Positions 1 through 11,500 of a stretch of 64,000 nt of DNA are shown piece by piece. Numbering within the stretch: the first letter of the stretch is position 1; the number at the start of each line of letters is the position of its first letter. A program made the position numbers and the translations under genes. A model generated the notes under the pieces. That model saw only the letters and a list, made by a program, of their open reading frames with translations, had not been told where the DNA came from and searched no databases. This stretch comes from Psammoneis japonica (taxonomy: Eukaryota), in assembly GCA_008632985.1 (NCBI GenBank), contig QPGO01000002.1, positions 682,001-746,000 on the forward strand. Direction: 5' to 3'.

Positions 1-21
1 TCATGCCACCACATTGAGAAC

Positions 22-365
22 TGCTGAGTCTTCCATGCTGAATGCTAACGTCGTAACACCGCTAAGGATGCTTCAAATGGGATCAACACATTGTCGCAAT
101 TCCAACACCGACCATTGTGCGTCATGTTGATGGGTCCAACGGCGTCTTTTTATGGCGAAACAAAACCCCTGTAACTCGGTCACGACCGGCCATTGCTGAG
201 TCTTCCATGCTGCATACTAACGCATAATAGCGCTAAAGACACTTCAAATAGGGTCAACATATCGTCTCAATGTCAACACCGACCATTGTACGTCACGTTG
301 ATGGGTCCAACGGCGTCTTTTCATGGCGAAACAAAACCCCTGTAACCCGGTCACGACCGGCCATT
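22..365. repeat. Direct tandem duplication, 2 x ~172 bp (22-194 and 194-365)
   Basis: Both copies run from tgctgagtcttccatgctg to ggtcacgaccggccatt and differ by scattered substitutions. Confidence 0.9.
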
Positions 366-626
366 TTCTTGAAGCGATTGTCAGTTACATTCTTGAACTC
401 CACGGTAAGGGAGATATGATGTGGAGAGGTAGCGTCAGAGTACAAACAACGCCGTCGTATCATCACCATTGTGAGTGCGGCATGCACGGGTAGGTCGCCG
501 TACAAATTTGAATGAGCTGATGGGTCCAACTGCCATTGCACTACAAACGTACGTAGAAACTGGTATGTACAGATCTACACAACTTTGTACTGGCATACCA
601 AAAATGAACTCGGCAAGCTGTCCATA

Positions 627-933
627 CTACAAATTGCAAGACAATTGCGCGATTCACGTGCCCGAAGGTGGAATATCGTTGCCCGAAGCAACATTCTCCC
701 TTCGCGCAGATGTCATTTCTACGTATGATGTGGTATCAAAATTTTCATTTTGGTCGTCTAAATCGTCCCAGTCATTTCATCAAATGACCTTGTGGTACTC
801 TCCTACGTGATCTACGCAAATCGGAGCTTCGGGCTGGCTGGTACATTTTCTACAGGCTCTACGTGCGCGAAGCTCGAATTTCAACAATCACCCTTCGGGC
901 ACGTGAATCGCGCAATTGTCTTGCAATTCGTAG
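627..933. mobile_element. MITE, probably Tc1/mariner-derived, 307 bp with ~44-bp terminal inverted repeats and TA target-site duplication
   Basis: 627-670 (ctacaaattgcaagacaattgcgcgattcacgtgcccgaaggtg) is the near-perfect reverse complement of 889-933. TA flanks both ends (625-626 and 934-935). No transposase ORF inside. Confidence 0.8.
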
Positions 934-1109
934 TACAAGTAGTAGCCTACGGTACGCACGCACGCTACGCACGCACGAGGGGAGCAGGCAGGAGGCCTTT
1001 TATTTTGTCGAGCCTCCTCCGTCACAATAGTCACAACATGCCATCAATCTCATAGCCATCATTCACTCTTGAATTCTGTACCAGCGAAGTCCTTGGTTGC
1101 TGATTGGCA

Positions 1110-1505
1110 ATGAGCAATAACACACCACAAGTCGAGAACCAGGCTATACTTTCTTCCATGGCAAATCCGCAAGCGGCAGATCGATTGAAAAATCGCAGTA
1201 GACAGCGGCTCGTCCAGTTTGGGCCGTTTTACGTTTACTTTAATAACTGGTTCCTGTGTGTTCCAACTGCTCATCCTCAAGAAAATCACAATGAAAACAA
1301 TGACAGGAGAAGAGAACTACCAAGCGATGACAATGATGATGGTTCTGAAGACGAAGAGGCGAATGATCCAGACGACATGGAGCATGATCCGTATGCCGAC
1401 ATGCCCGATTTACAGGACAGCGACGGTCATATTGTTCACTATCACTCTAACCCCCAAGGGGATGAAAAATTTGATTCCTTGGAAGGGACGCCCTGTACGT
1501 GGTGA
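1110..1505 (+). CDS. Hypothetical small acidic protein
   Basis: ATG-initiated ORF with a D/E-rich tract and an MPDL motif; no recognisable domain. Confidence 0.3.
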   Translation: MSNNTPQVENQAILSSMANPQAADRLKNRSRQRLVQFGPFYVYFNNWFLCVPTAHPQENHNENNDRRRELPSDDNDDGSEDEEANDPDDMEHDPYADMPDLQDSDGHIVHYHSNPQGDEKFDSLEGTPCTW

Positions 1506-1716
1506 GGAAAACTTCGCTGGACAAACTACAGCATATAAAACTAGAGCTGGAAGCAGCCGAAGGATGCCTTAAACATAGCCCACATCATTCGGGGCGAATA
1601 CAACAAGTTCGAAGTTTTCACTTGTTGTTGTTATTGTTGTTGTATCTACGATGTTTTTATAGTAAAAAACCTTGCATCATGGACTTCTTGTTTGTGTCGT
1701 AGTCTTATCGTAGCTA

Positions 1717-2037
1717 TCATTTAGGGGAAGGCTCCATCCTTGGCAGGGTGTGAGGCATGCCCCATTTGTTGGTAACAATGGCAGTGGTCTCCTTGTCGGC
1801 ATCTTGTTCGGCCAAAAGGAGGCAACGACACTCGGGGGTGGCGCACCATGAGAACCCAGGAGTGGCTTTAGGATCTTGTTGTTTCAACAAGGTCATGCAT
1901 TGGCAAGGATCACGGCTGCATCGTTCGCAACCCGTGAAGGCCTGCACGCTGGCGGCCAACATGGAGGCGACTAGTAGAAACAAAAAGGTGCGGCTCATTG
2001 CCAACAAGGGAGAGAAACGGTGAACAGAGGAAGCCAT
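1717..2037 (-). CDS. Small putative secreted cysteine-rich protein
   Basis: Signal-peptide-like N-terminus (MSRTFLFLLVASMLAASVQA) followed by two similar Cys clusters (CSRDPCQC, CATPECRC). Confidence 0.5.
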   Translation of the reverse strand: MASSVHRFSPLLAMSRTFLFLLVASMLAASVQAFTGCERCSRDPCQCMTLLKQQDPKATPGFSWCATPECRCLLLAEQDADKETTAIVTNKWGMPHTLPRMEPSPK

Positions 2038-2202
2038 CTTGGTCGTGGTGGAGAGAGCAGTGAAAGTAGTTTCGAATCTTCGTGATGTGGAGAAAAAGTG
2101 AAGCGTTTGGCAATCGCCACTTGCTTGCGCTTGTGGGAAAGAGCCTGAATTGGCCGTGAGAAATGGCCTGTTGCATGTCACCACACGGTACGTACAGTAT
2201 TC

Positions 2203-3450
2203 AGTGGAGTGAACACAGAAGCGCTTGCTCAACACTTCTCGCTTCCAGTCTCTAGTCTCCCTAGATCAATATTGGCGACAGAGAAAGGAAAGGCTTCCGA
2301 AAACAACATTACTGCCATAACACAGTTGTCGTCCACGATGTACAAAATGTTCAGTACCAATCAGCTCGGTGAGAAAACGTTGCGCAGCTTGTTTGGTAAG
2401 GACATTGTGGTGGAGCATGTTCAAATATGGGGTGGTCCGCATGGAGGAGCAACACCAGACTATCAGGGCGAAGGGTTGTCGATGAATTATCTACTTTATG
2501 ATGCCGCGCAGGGTATGGATGGTCATCGGTCAGGTGCTCTATTCTATGCGAATGCCATCGAAAGCTCCTTTGCATGCGTGGAACTAAGTGCTATTGGAGC
2601 GAAATCGGTTGCCAAGCTCGCAGACAGGAAATTGAAGCTCGTTCGTCCGATGAAAACGGGGTTTCATTCAGATGAACTCTAGCTAGAGAGGTATACATAC
2701 ATTGCCACACTCAAACACTTTCGTTTTGAGGACCGATTCAATGCTGACCACTCTAGGTCAACTATCCATGGTATGACCAGTGCCTAGGATGAAGCTAATC
2801 GGCAACTACGAAGCCTGAGAGGGCCGGTCGATTGGGGCAGTTTGTGCAATGGCAAGGTTTCGTCTACAAGCATTCTTATAAATAATTCGGATCCACAGTG
2901 CTGGTCTAGTAGTTGCCCTTCGAGTTCTGGAATCATCGCTATGCAAAAACGCCGGTTCCGTCGGGCGACTTCCTAAATCATGCTTATCACAATGCCTTGC
3001 TATTCCGAAACTGGGGTGCGAGATTATTACAGCATGTGAACCACAAGAGTCAGTGGCACCGAAAGTGTGTCACTATTGAGGGTGTTTGTTAAAAATTGCT
3101 TCTGCGAAGTTTATCGTAGTTGCGTCGTCTGAACCAGGTCTGCGCTCTGAAATGCGGGGGGGGGGGTTACCGCAGCATCTAGACTCTGCGAAGGTCGCAC
3201 TAGTTTCAAGTCGTTGTCCCGTCGCCCGTGGAACCACAGCAACGTGTAATGTGCTTGGCTCGCTTATCTTGGATAAGCGGGATGCGGAGGAAAGATTTTT
3301 GGCTTGGGATGTATGGCACAGAGTGTTACTTATTTCCCTGACGTTGATCGCGTTCGTGCTCAAGACGCAACTGATACCATTCATCAGGCTCCAAGTCTTC
3401 GGGAAGCTTATCTTTCCCGGCAGTAAAGATGACGTCCTGTAGTCTGTCCC
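2203..3450. repeat. Dispersed repeat, copy A (normal TpA/CpG content), homologous to 20488-21773
   Basis: Colinear similarity over ~1.25 kb, from gtggagtgaacac to gtctgtccct. Confidence 0.9.
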
Positions 3451-3739
3451 TAGATTTGTTTGAATGCAGCCTATTACAATTCCTATGGAAATTGGAAAGC
3501 TCATCGCCCTAAATAATGCTTTCAACAGTTTTTCATCAAAACAACAGCTAGGCATACTTGTTGAATTGCTTGGTATACTATTACTCTCTGGTGTCTCCCA
3601 GTGGATCAAACGGTGCAGTGTACGGACAACAGTTCTTTGATTTCTTGCCGCTCTTCGATGTCTTGCTGCCTTTCGATTTCTTGCTGCTGAGGAACTCTTC
3701 GTTGATGTACTCTAACGCGTCAAGGGCATGTAAAAAGCC

Positions 3740-5521
3740 TTACCCGGTTCCTAGGTCATACCCAGCATCCGCTCCGGGCGTCCCTTTGTCGTCCATGTCG
3801 ATCGCCGTTTCCGCCAACGCCTCGTAGACATCGCAGGGTGACAAGTTGTCATTATACGACAGCAGAAGGCCAGCTACGGCGGCGACGTTGGCCGCAGAGG
3901 CGGAAGTTCCAAAAAAACGAAGTGCAGGATCAGAAGGCCCCGTATTACCAAAAAAAGCGTCGGCGTTCCCCAAGAAAGTGTTGGCATTCCCATCTGGACC
4001 GACAACAAGAGGGGTTCTCCGAATCTCTGCTTCCTTCATGCGTTTTCCCCTCTCGTCAAACAATATTGGAGTCCCTCCCGCACTTGTAAATGTTTCTTGA
4101 AGAGGCGGGATGACATCATAATTCGGTGTGTTCATGAAGTAGGCTGCTCCGACCGCCGCAACGTTTTCTGCGTTTGCGTGGCCGTAGATTGTTCCGGAAT
4201 TGGTTCCATGTTCGATCTCTAGAATCGGTGTGGTACTAGAGATGATCCACTTCATTAAGCCAGGGGGCGGGCCCTCAAAGCGTTCGAACATAAGGTAAAT
4301 CTCATTCACTGTGCCTCCTGCTGTAGCCACCTCAAATGGGTCTCTCCCCACATTGGCAGTCACAGCACTATCCTTAAGACAATAGGTTTTGTTGTCCTTG
4401 TCGGTGAAGTCCTCACCCAGTGGATCAGCTACAAAGATAAACATGTCGATGTCGCTCTTGCTCCCCGGTGGGCCACTCACTGAAAAGAACGGCTCGTCCC
4501 AGTTCAGGACGACGTGGAATGAATCAAGGGGGGAATTGGGATCGAAGGTGATCTTCTGAAGGTAACTGTCGCCAAAGTCATGCATCGTTCCACCATTGTT
4601 CCCAGGCACCCCGGAGTCAACAAACGGACCCTCCCAGGAATTTCGGGCGAAGTTGCCGGCTGAGGAGAAGTAGAGTATTCCTTCTTCAACGACCTCGTTT
4701 GCGGTTTGAGCGATGACGCCGTCTTGAAACATTGGCTCGTTTTCGTAGAGAACATCGTCCACAAGCACGTTTGCACCAGCATCGACAAGTTTACGAATTG
4801 CCTGGGCGAATGCCGGTTGGCCACCAAAGCCCGTGTGAAAGGCCAACTTTGCGTCAGGCGCCACATCGTGGATCAATTGCATCATGGCACGGCCCTCGTC
4901 GCCCCCAGAAGTGCAATCGTAAATCTCCTGCTCTATCAAGTACGATCGCGGGAGATCCTCGGTGAACACGTCGGTTCCATTTAAGCAGTTGAAGCTGTCA
5001 GAGAGGATCCCAATGGTGATCCCATCTCCTGTCACCTCAAGCAGGTCAAGCAGGGGTTCAGAGTTCATGGCGAAACCGGCTTCACTCAAAACGGAACCTG
5101 CGTTAGTAGTGGCGATCACCGGTTGAACGAACGAGATCTCGTCAATGCTGTTGACAAGCTCCTCAAGGCCTTCGACTGCAAGGGTTGCAGAGCAGAGATA
5201 CTGCTTGCAGGGACCCACCTCAACGCCTGACGCCATCAGCGAAGTCCGGAGTGCTCCGGTGTCCTCACCGGCGATGTCGACTACCACCCTGGTTCCTCCT
5301 TCGGGTGTCTGGAGCCCGTCAAATCGCTGGGAGAGGACAGCCCCACGATCGGCGGCGCGGTCACCGTCGGAGGCGTAGCCCACGTCCAACGAATCGAGGA
5401 AGTCCTTCAAGATGCCAGACAACTTCGAAGACACCTTCGCCCCAGAGGACGGCGGTGGGAAGGTTGTAGCTGCCGCGGCGATGAACGCCGCCGCTGCCAA
5501 CCACGATCGGTGCTGCTTCAT
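3740..5521 (-). CDS. Secreted subtilase (S8/S53-like serine peptidase), intronless; the frame continues past TAA 3740-3742 to 3581
   Basis: Signal peptide; motifs GITIGILSDSF, DEGRAMMQLIHDVAP, SSAGN and catalytic-Ser FFGTSASAANVAAVAGLL; C-terminal GYDxxTG(*)G. Confidence 0.88.
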   Translation of the reverse strand: MKQHRSWLAAAAFIAAAATTFPPPSSGAKVSSKLSGILKDFLDSLDVGYASDGDRAADRGAVLSQRFDGLQTPEGGTRVVVDIAGEDTGALRTSLMASGVEVGPCKQYLCSATLAVEGLEELVNSIDEISFVQPVIATTNAGSVLSEAGFAMNSEPLLDLLEVTGDGITIGILSDSFNCLNGTDVFTEDLPRSYLIEQEIYDCTSGGDEGRAMMQLIHDVAPDAKLAFHTGFGGQPAFAQAIRKLVDAGANVLVDDVLYENEPMFQDGVIAQTANEVVEEGILYFSSAGNFARNSWEGPFVDSGVPGNNGGTMHDFGDSYLQKITFDPNSPLDSFHVVLNWDEPFFSVSGPPGSKSDIDMFIFVADPLGEDFTDKDNKTYCLKDSAVTANVGRDPFEVATAGGTVNEIYLMFERFEGPPPGLMKWIISSTTPILEIEHGTNSGTIYGHANAENVAAVGAAYFMNTPNYDVIPPLQETFTSAGGTPILFDERGKRMKEAEIRRTPLVVGPDGNANTFLGNADAFFGNTGPSDPALRFFGTSASAANVAAVAGLLLSYNDNLSPCDVYEALAETAIDMDDKGTPGADAGYDLGTG

Positions 5522-5563
5522 GTTATACTCTCTTGGCTGCTGAGGTTCTCTCTAGTAGAGGGC

Positions 5564-5566
<3 letters not shown>

Positions 5567-5603
<37 letters not shown>
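5567..5603. repeat. (CT)n microsatellite
   Basis: Uninterrupted ct run directly upstream of the subtilase start codon. Confidence 0.95.
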
Positions 5604-5606
<3 letters not shown>

Positions 5607-5779
5607 GCACCGGCAGAGAATTGTCGCCAATCTCGCTCCAAATCTGAAATCTGGATCGCCATCTGGCATCGCATCGCGCAATCTCCGAGAGTCAAAAAAT
5701 ATCAAAGTCATTTATCAGAGTCATTTGCGACATTATTTGTAGATGAAACTTACGTCATGGAAGATTAGCCCTGGAAGAC

Positions 5780-6025
5780 CAACGATGTTGTAAGTTTCTT
5801 CTTCTTGACCAAATTTATAACCGTAGTTAGTTGATTCGTTTTCAGTTGTTTCACGGATTAAACTAGAAGTTACTAATGAACCGTGCATTGCACTGAATAA
5901 AGATCCACCAAATACACCAGCTACACCAGCCATGTGGAATGGGTGCATTAAGATATTGTGTTCTGCTTGGAATACAATCATGAAGTTGAAAGTACCAGAA
6001 ATACCTAAAGGCATACCATCAGAGA
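5780..6025 (-). pseudogene. psbA: Plastid-derived psbA (photosystem II D1) internal fragment, about residues 169-249; nuclear plastid DNA insert (NUPT)
   Basis: Translates as [81 protein letters not shown] with AT-rich plastid codon usage. Similarity ends abruptly on both sides. Confidence 0.95.
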
Positions 6026-8537
6026 TGTCAAAAACAACAACATCATCTCTTCTCATCTCCCAAAATCGATTGTTGAGATCTCTCTTCAGCTCTTCAGTTC
6101 ACAGCCACAATTTCTCCACAGGGAACATTGACAACCACTTCTGCCATTGCGTTGCAACCTTGAGCCATTGCTCTTGACAAGACAAGCTGCTTGGTTGCAT
6201 CTGCTTGGCCCTTGGCTGGCCCTGCAACTGCCAGTGGTCTCCCCTCACCTTGAGTGCACCTGGCTGGTCCATCCATTGCTCCTCAGCATTGTGCACAGCA
6301 TTTGACAATTTCTTTTCCATTGCCACAATCAAAAGGGAGAGCAAGCCACCTGACCACTGGGAAGAGCTCTGTTTGGAGAATGCAATTCAGATGATGTTGC
6401 TGGCAACAAAGAGAACACATCTGCTGTTTTTCTTCAGAATGACGATTGACTTGCTCCCACCAAACTCAGGCAGAAATGGCAACATGAAGAGTGCAAGCAA
6501 CTCATTGGGAGAACACATCATGTCAGCAACAGCCTGCTCCACCCAAATCTTTGAAGCCAAAAGCTCCAGTTGTCAAACCACCCCTGTCCACAAGTCCCCA
6601 CCACCACATGCTGCTGTCTGTGCAGCCACTGGGCTGCCAACCCCTGTTGGTGCTGCTTCATGTTGTGCCCTCTTGTTGATGCTCATGCAGCTGCTGAGGC
6701 TCCAGCTGCTGGAGCAGAGAAATTGCCAATTGCCAGTCTGAAATCTGGGCTGCCACAATCACGCCAAAATGATGAAAACTCTCCAAGGTCCATGAATGAT
6801 CTTGCCATCCTTGGATCAGGCGGGCATGCTCTTGGACAAATGTGGCACCAAATGCATGCACACATGCACGCACACAGTGTGCTCTGGAGCAGAGCAAACA
6901 CAGCTGGTGGCCGCTGCTGGGAGATGGAAGTCTCTGGGGTGGAGAGCCATGGGAGCATCGACTGCTTGCAAGGGCTTTCTTCACTTTCTTGAAGTGATGG
7001 CTGGGGACAACACTCTGGAGGAAGGAAAACCATTCTGTGCCAGAGAGGAAGTGGGGTCACTCAACACATGATTTGGGGTTTGCAATGGCAAAGGTCACTT
7101 TTCATTGCTCACATCAAATTCTGCACCACTGTGGTCAAAAATGAAAATGTTTCACAGCTGCAATGTTGATTTCATTCATCTTTCACTTGCTGCAAGCACA
7201 GTCAAACCCTCCTTTTTGCAACCTTGTGAGCAACTCAAGCAACAGGATGAAGAAACCTGTTTTAAATCACCGGATGCCATGTGGGATGTGGTGGGGGTCT
7301 CCTGCATTTGACCCGAGTGTCCTTTGATGACTGCCTGGCCTCAATTGGTGTGCTGTGCAAATTGTTGCAGTGTGGAGAAAACATCTGCCCTGTCAAGGTC
7401 ATTTGCAAGATCATGAGCTTGTCAATGCACTCAACTGTTGCAGCTGCAACCAGGACAACTCTCAGTTGAATGGCAAGAGCAAGACATGTTTTTCTCATTG
7501 CTCTCTTTGCATTTCCCGTGCTGATCTTGAATCGGGTGTGCAATGCTGGTTGGTCTTGGTTCTTTTGCAACAGGCAAGAGCAAAGGGGGGGGGGGGCATT
7601 CAGCATCATTGGAGGCAACCACAAGACACTTGGATTGGCTGTGGCCTGGGCCAATGTGAATCACAAAGTCAAATGTGGCAGCAAGCATGTTCATCATGGG
7701 ACCCCACAAATGTGGAGGGACCCTCATGTGCTCATGTGGAGCCCTGCGCGTGAATTTTTGCATGTGGTGCTGAAACACACAGCCTGCACATGCAAAAACT
7801 GGCACAGTTTCCATGACAAAAAATTGAAAAATGCCTGGTTAGTTCTCAAGATGGCTCTGGTGCAAAATCTGTGTGAACAGTCACCACACATTTACGCAGA
7901 ACTCTGCACATTTCTGGGTTGCGGGTCCCTGAGGGACCCACTGTGAATGTGGTGCAGCACGTGCAAGAATGTGTGTCATCTTCCATGGTGGGTGGCTTGG
8001 ACCAGCTGGGCCTGCAGGTGGGTTGGGGGACATCTCCAGCCAGCTGCTGGCTGAAAAAAATCTGTCCATCAGCACATCAGGGGTGCAAAAACTTTGACAT
8101 TTTGGATTTTCCAATTTTGATCCTGGATCAAGGGCATGTTTTGCCATGATGGAAGCTCCAGTGCACTGCCAACAATGTGCAGCAGACATTGCTGGGGCAA
8201 GTGCAAGATGCCAAGAGTTGAGCTTGATCCTTGTGGCTGTCTTTTGTGTCTTTGCTGTCTGTCAGAACTGGAAGTGGCTTGAGGAAAGAACCTGCTTCTG
8301 TGCGCTGTTTGCAACCATGCCATCACACCAGCCATCAAATTTGGAGAGTGCCAGCAACAAAAAGTCAAACAAGGAAAGGACAAAACAAAACCAAACTTCC
8401 ATGTTTAAAGTGCTGCTACGCTTCCACCCCGCAACTCCGGCAACAAGCTAACCCACACCCCCAGCACACGACCAGTGCGGCAGGAACACATGACAATTGG
8501 CCCGGATCGGCATCACCCAAAGGTGACGCCATGCCAA

Positions 8538-11500
8538 AGTAGCTTGTGACAGTTCTTGTTCCACATGCAGCCAAACGCTTGGCCTTTTTAACACTCGACT
8601 TGAACACAGGTTTGACCATGGCTAGCCAATTTCGAATGTGATGGGTAGAATGAGTGAGGTGTTCGTCAACTGAGTCAAACAGTTGTGCCCTGTCCTTTGC
8701 AAGATGTTCATCTGATCTCGAACAAACAGCCTGAACCTCTGCCTTGGCATCTCTCCACTGGGACGACTTCCTGGCATCTGAATCGTGGCCGTGAACATCG
8801 TCATCATGGGAATCCCACAGCTCCCACTGTTGCTCCCAAACACAATTGCCAACAGCAGCTGCCTGATCTGAACGCTTCTCTTTGTCCAAAAGATCCTGAT
8901 GCACTCCACTTGATGAAAAGACAAGCGAGCTGAGCCACATTCCACTCGCAAGAGAAGTGTCCGCTGAAGACATGTCTCCATCCAACAGCATCCTGGGAAC
9001 GGAACAAAGCCACTGCACTCCCATGAAGACCATCTGAGTGCATCATTTCCTCTCGAAACCAAGACTCAATGGATGAAATGATCAAGTCACAAATGGATGG
9101 CGAAGTGTGAATGTCGTTGCACTTTTTCCGCAGACCTTGTAAAAACTTTCTGCGCCATTCTTCGTCATGAGGACATCACAGAATGTGATCACGGTCTTCC
9201 ATGGGGTGGTGGCAATGAACACAACAGTCGGACCGTGCCGGATCATACCTGTGTACGATCTTGTCAGTGGGGGAGCAAGTCTTGGACCAACTTGACTGTG
9301 CTCACCTTGCGTCTGATGTTTCGTGACATCAATTTGGAGCGCACTTCCCAATTGACAGACTCGCAAACCACGTCTGACCAACCACACTTGTCTTTCATGC
9401 AGCCAATGAGCGCAGGACTGGATGCCTCGAAGCGGAGTGCAGGCTTGTAATTTGAGCTGACAGTGGCTTGTTGGACGACCAAATTTGCCAAGCAATGAGG
9501 TGTTCTTGGTGCCACCAGTGCATCCCCTGAGTGGTGACCATGATGTCGACCCGCCAACATGTCAGCGCGCATGTTTAGCTTGGCTGGTGACGAAAGAGAT
9601 TCAAATGGCACGTTGTTGTCTTGATGTCCTTTTACCCACTGAACTTCGACTTGCGTTCCGGAAGACTCACCAACAGAAAAGCTCGAAATGTCGTGAGCAG
9701 AACAACACATTTCGTGCAGCAAATCCCATTCTGCTGATGACGTGCCATCTTCCGCAGTGGTTGCCATTGCAGGGGCAGCTGAAGGAGACAAATCCTGCAA
9801 TGTTTCCAGCTCGGAAACTGAATCTGCTTGGTTGTCTCGCACTGAGAAGACTTGAAAACCCAAGTCGGCACGGACACACAAGTGTTGTTCGTCTGGTTCG
9901 TAGCATGCCAGGTGCGTCATTTGCATGTCCAAGGAGGAAACAACCCACTGCCCCAAAGGACCTTTGAGAGTTGTTGCATTTTCCACACACAACAGGGAAC
10001 AAAACCTCTTCCACTGCTTCCATGCACGAGCAGACGGGTGCTGTTGTTCCACTGGGTTCAACCTCAACACTCTGCCAACAAGAGACCGTTTGCCTTCCAA
10101 AGCACATCGATTGACAGACCGGCCGTCCGGGAGAGCAACATCCGATGCGGTGAGAATGTTCAGATACAATCTGCAATGGTTGACCCACCCAATCTTGCAA
10201 TTTGTAAAGATGCCCGAATCCAAGACCACATCCATGATGTGTTGATCGTTGTCCCTCTGCAACAGCAGGACGCCAGCATTGTCAAAGTCGATGCAAGCAT
10301 GCACTCTGGCAAGAAAAGATCGCAAGGACATGAACCATTTTGACTCAGCATGGGGCAGCATTGAAGTCACGTCACGAAGGAAGCTAACGCCAGCACCCAA
10401 ATGAAACTGCACCCAAGAGACGGCAATGAGAGATGAAGCCTGTGGTTGTCCCGATCCGTGCCAGTGTTGTAAGAACTGCAACACTTGGGCAACACCTTGC
10501 TCCACATCTAACGAACGAAAGCCTCCTCCTCCCAGGGAGCATGGCCTGAACAAAACATCGCGCTTTGTGTTTCAATTATATCTGCATTTTGCAACAATGG
10601 CACACACGGCCTTTTGTTGAATTTCCAGAAGTTCCTTGGGATCAAAATGTGCATTTGGGAGAACGCAGGTCATTGAAGACAAGTGGCAAGCAAAGCAGTG
10701 GGTCCATGCCTCATGCTGGTCAAGAGGACATGAGCAGAGGAACATTGCAATGTCGTTGCTTTTCTTCTTGAGAGCTGAAAATTGCGTCTTTTGGCTGCCA
10801 ATTGGAGCTTTGAAGTTTCCCAAGGTTTTGTGTGATGAACATGCAGATGGCTGTTTGCTCCGTCGACTGGTGGCCCTGTTGGCGGATGCAATCTTGATGA
10901 TGAGTTCATTGTCATGAGGCCGGAGGTGTGGTTCGCCGTCATCTGAAAACATCCATTCGATGGCATGAAAAGAGCACCCAGGCAGTTCCAGTTCGTGGCC
11001 TGCGGCGTTTAAGAGATCACACCACAATTGGTTGTCCTCCTGCATTTTGAGCGTGAGTTCAAGCATGCAAGGCTGAAGCGATGCTCGAAAATCATTGACT
11101 TGTTTGGATGTGTCATCTGCGCATCCTTGGCCAAACATTCTCATTGCCATCGTTCTGTCAGGAGTTTCAAAGAAGGCGCCATGAGTGTTGCAATCAAAAA
11201 CATCAAAAAGACTGTTGCACATCTGGCTCCAATCAAACGAAGATCTGCCACTGCCTTGCCCCATCCCGAGAATTGGCAACTCTTCAGAATGGGGGTGTGA
11301 TGTCGGAGACAATCTGAGGACAGTTTTCAACCAACAACATGCTTCATGAAGTGCAGTGTTGGCAACTTGGGTGACCTTCTTAGGCATGCCATTACTTTGG
11401 TTCTGGACGGCAACCAGAGCGGGGATGTTCCTGTCGTGACACGACGTACAATCATCATCGCTGTTGATGGCTGACTTGCGCGACACTTGACTGGTCTCAA

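Noticed and set aside
2209..2975. Stop-codon readthrough gene in repeat copy A (TAG where copy B has TGG)
   Set aside because: TAG->TGG is exactly the mutator outcome in copy B, and no recognisable protein supports coding in this frame.
5733..6056. Functional psbA gene, or evidence that the window is plastid or cyanophage DNA
   Set aside because: Only about 80 internal codons are present, flanked by unrelated nuclear sequence.
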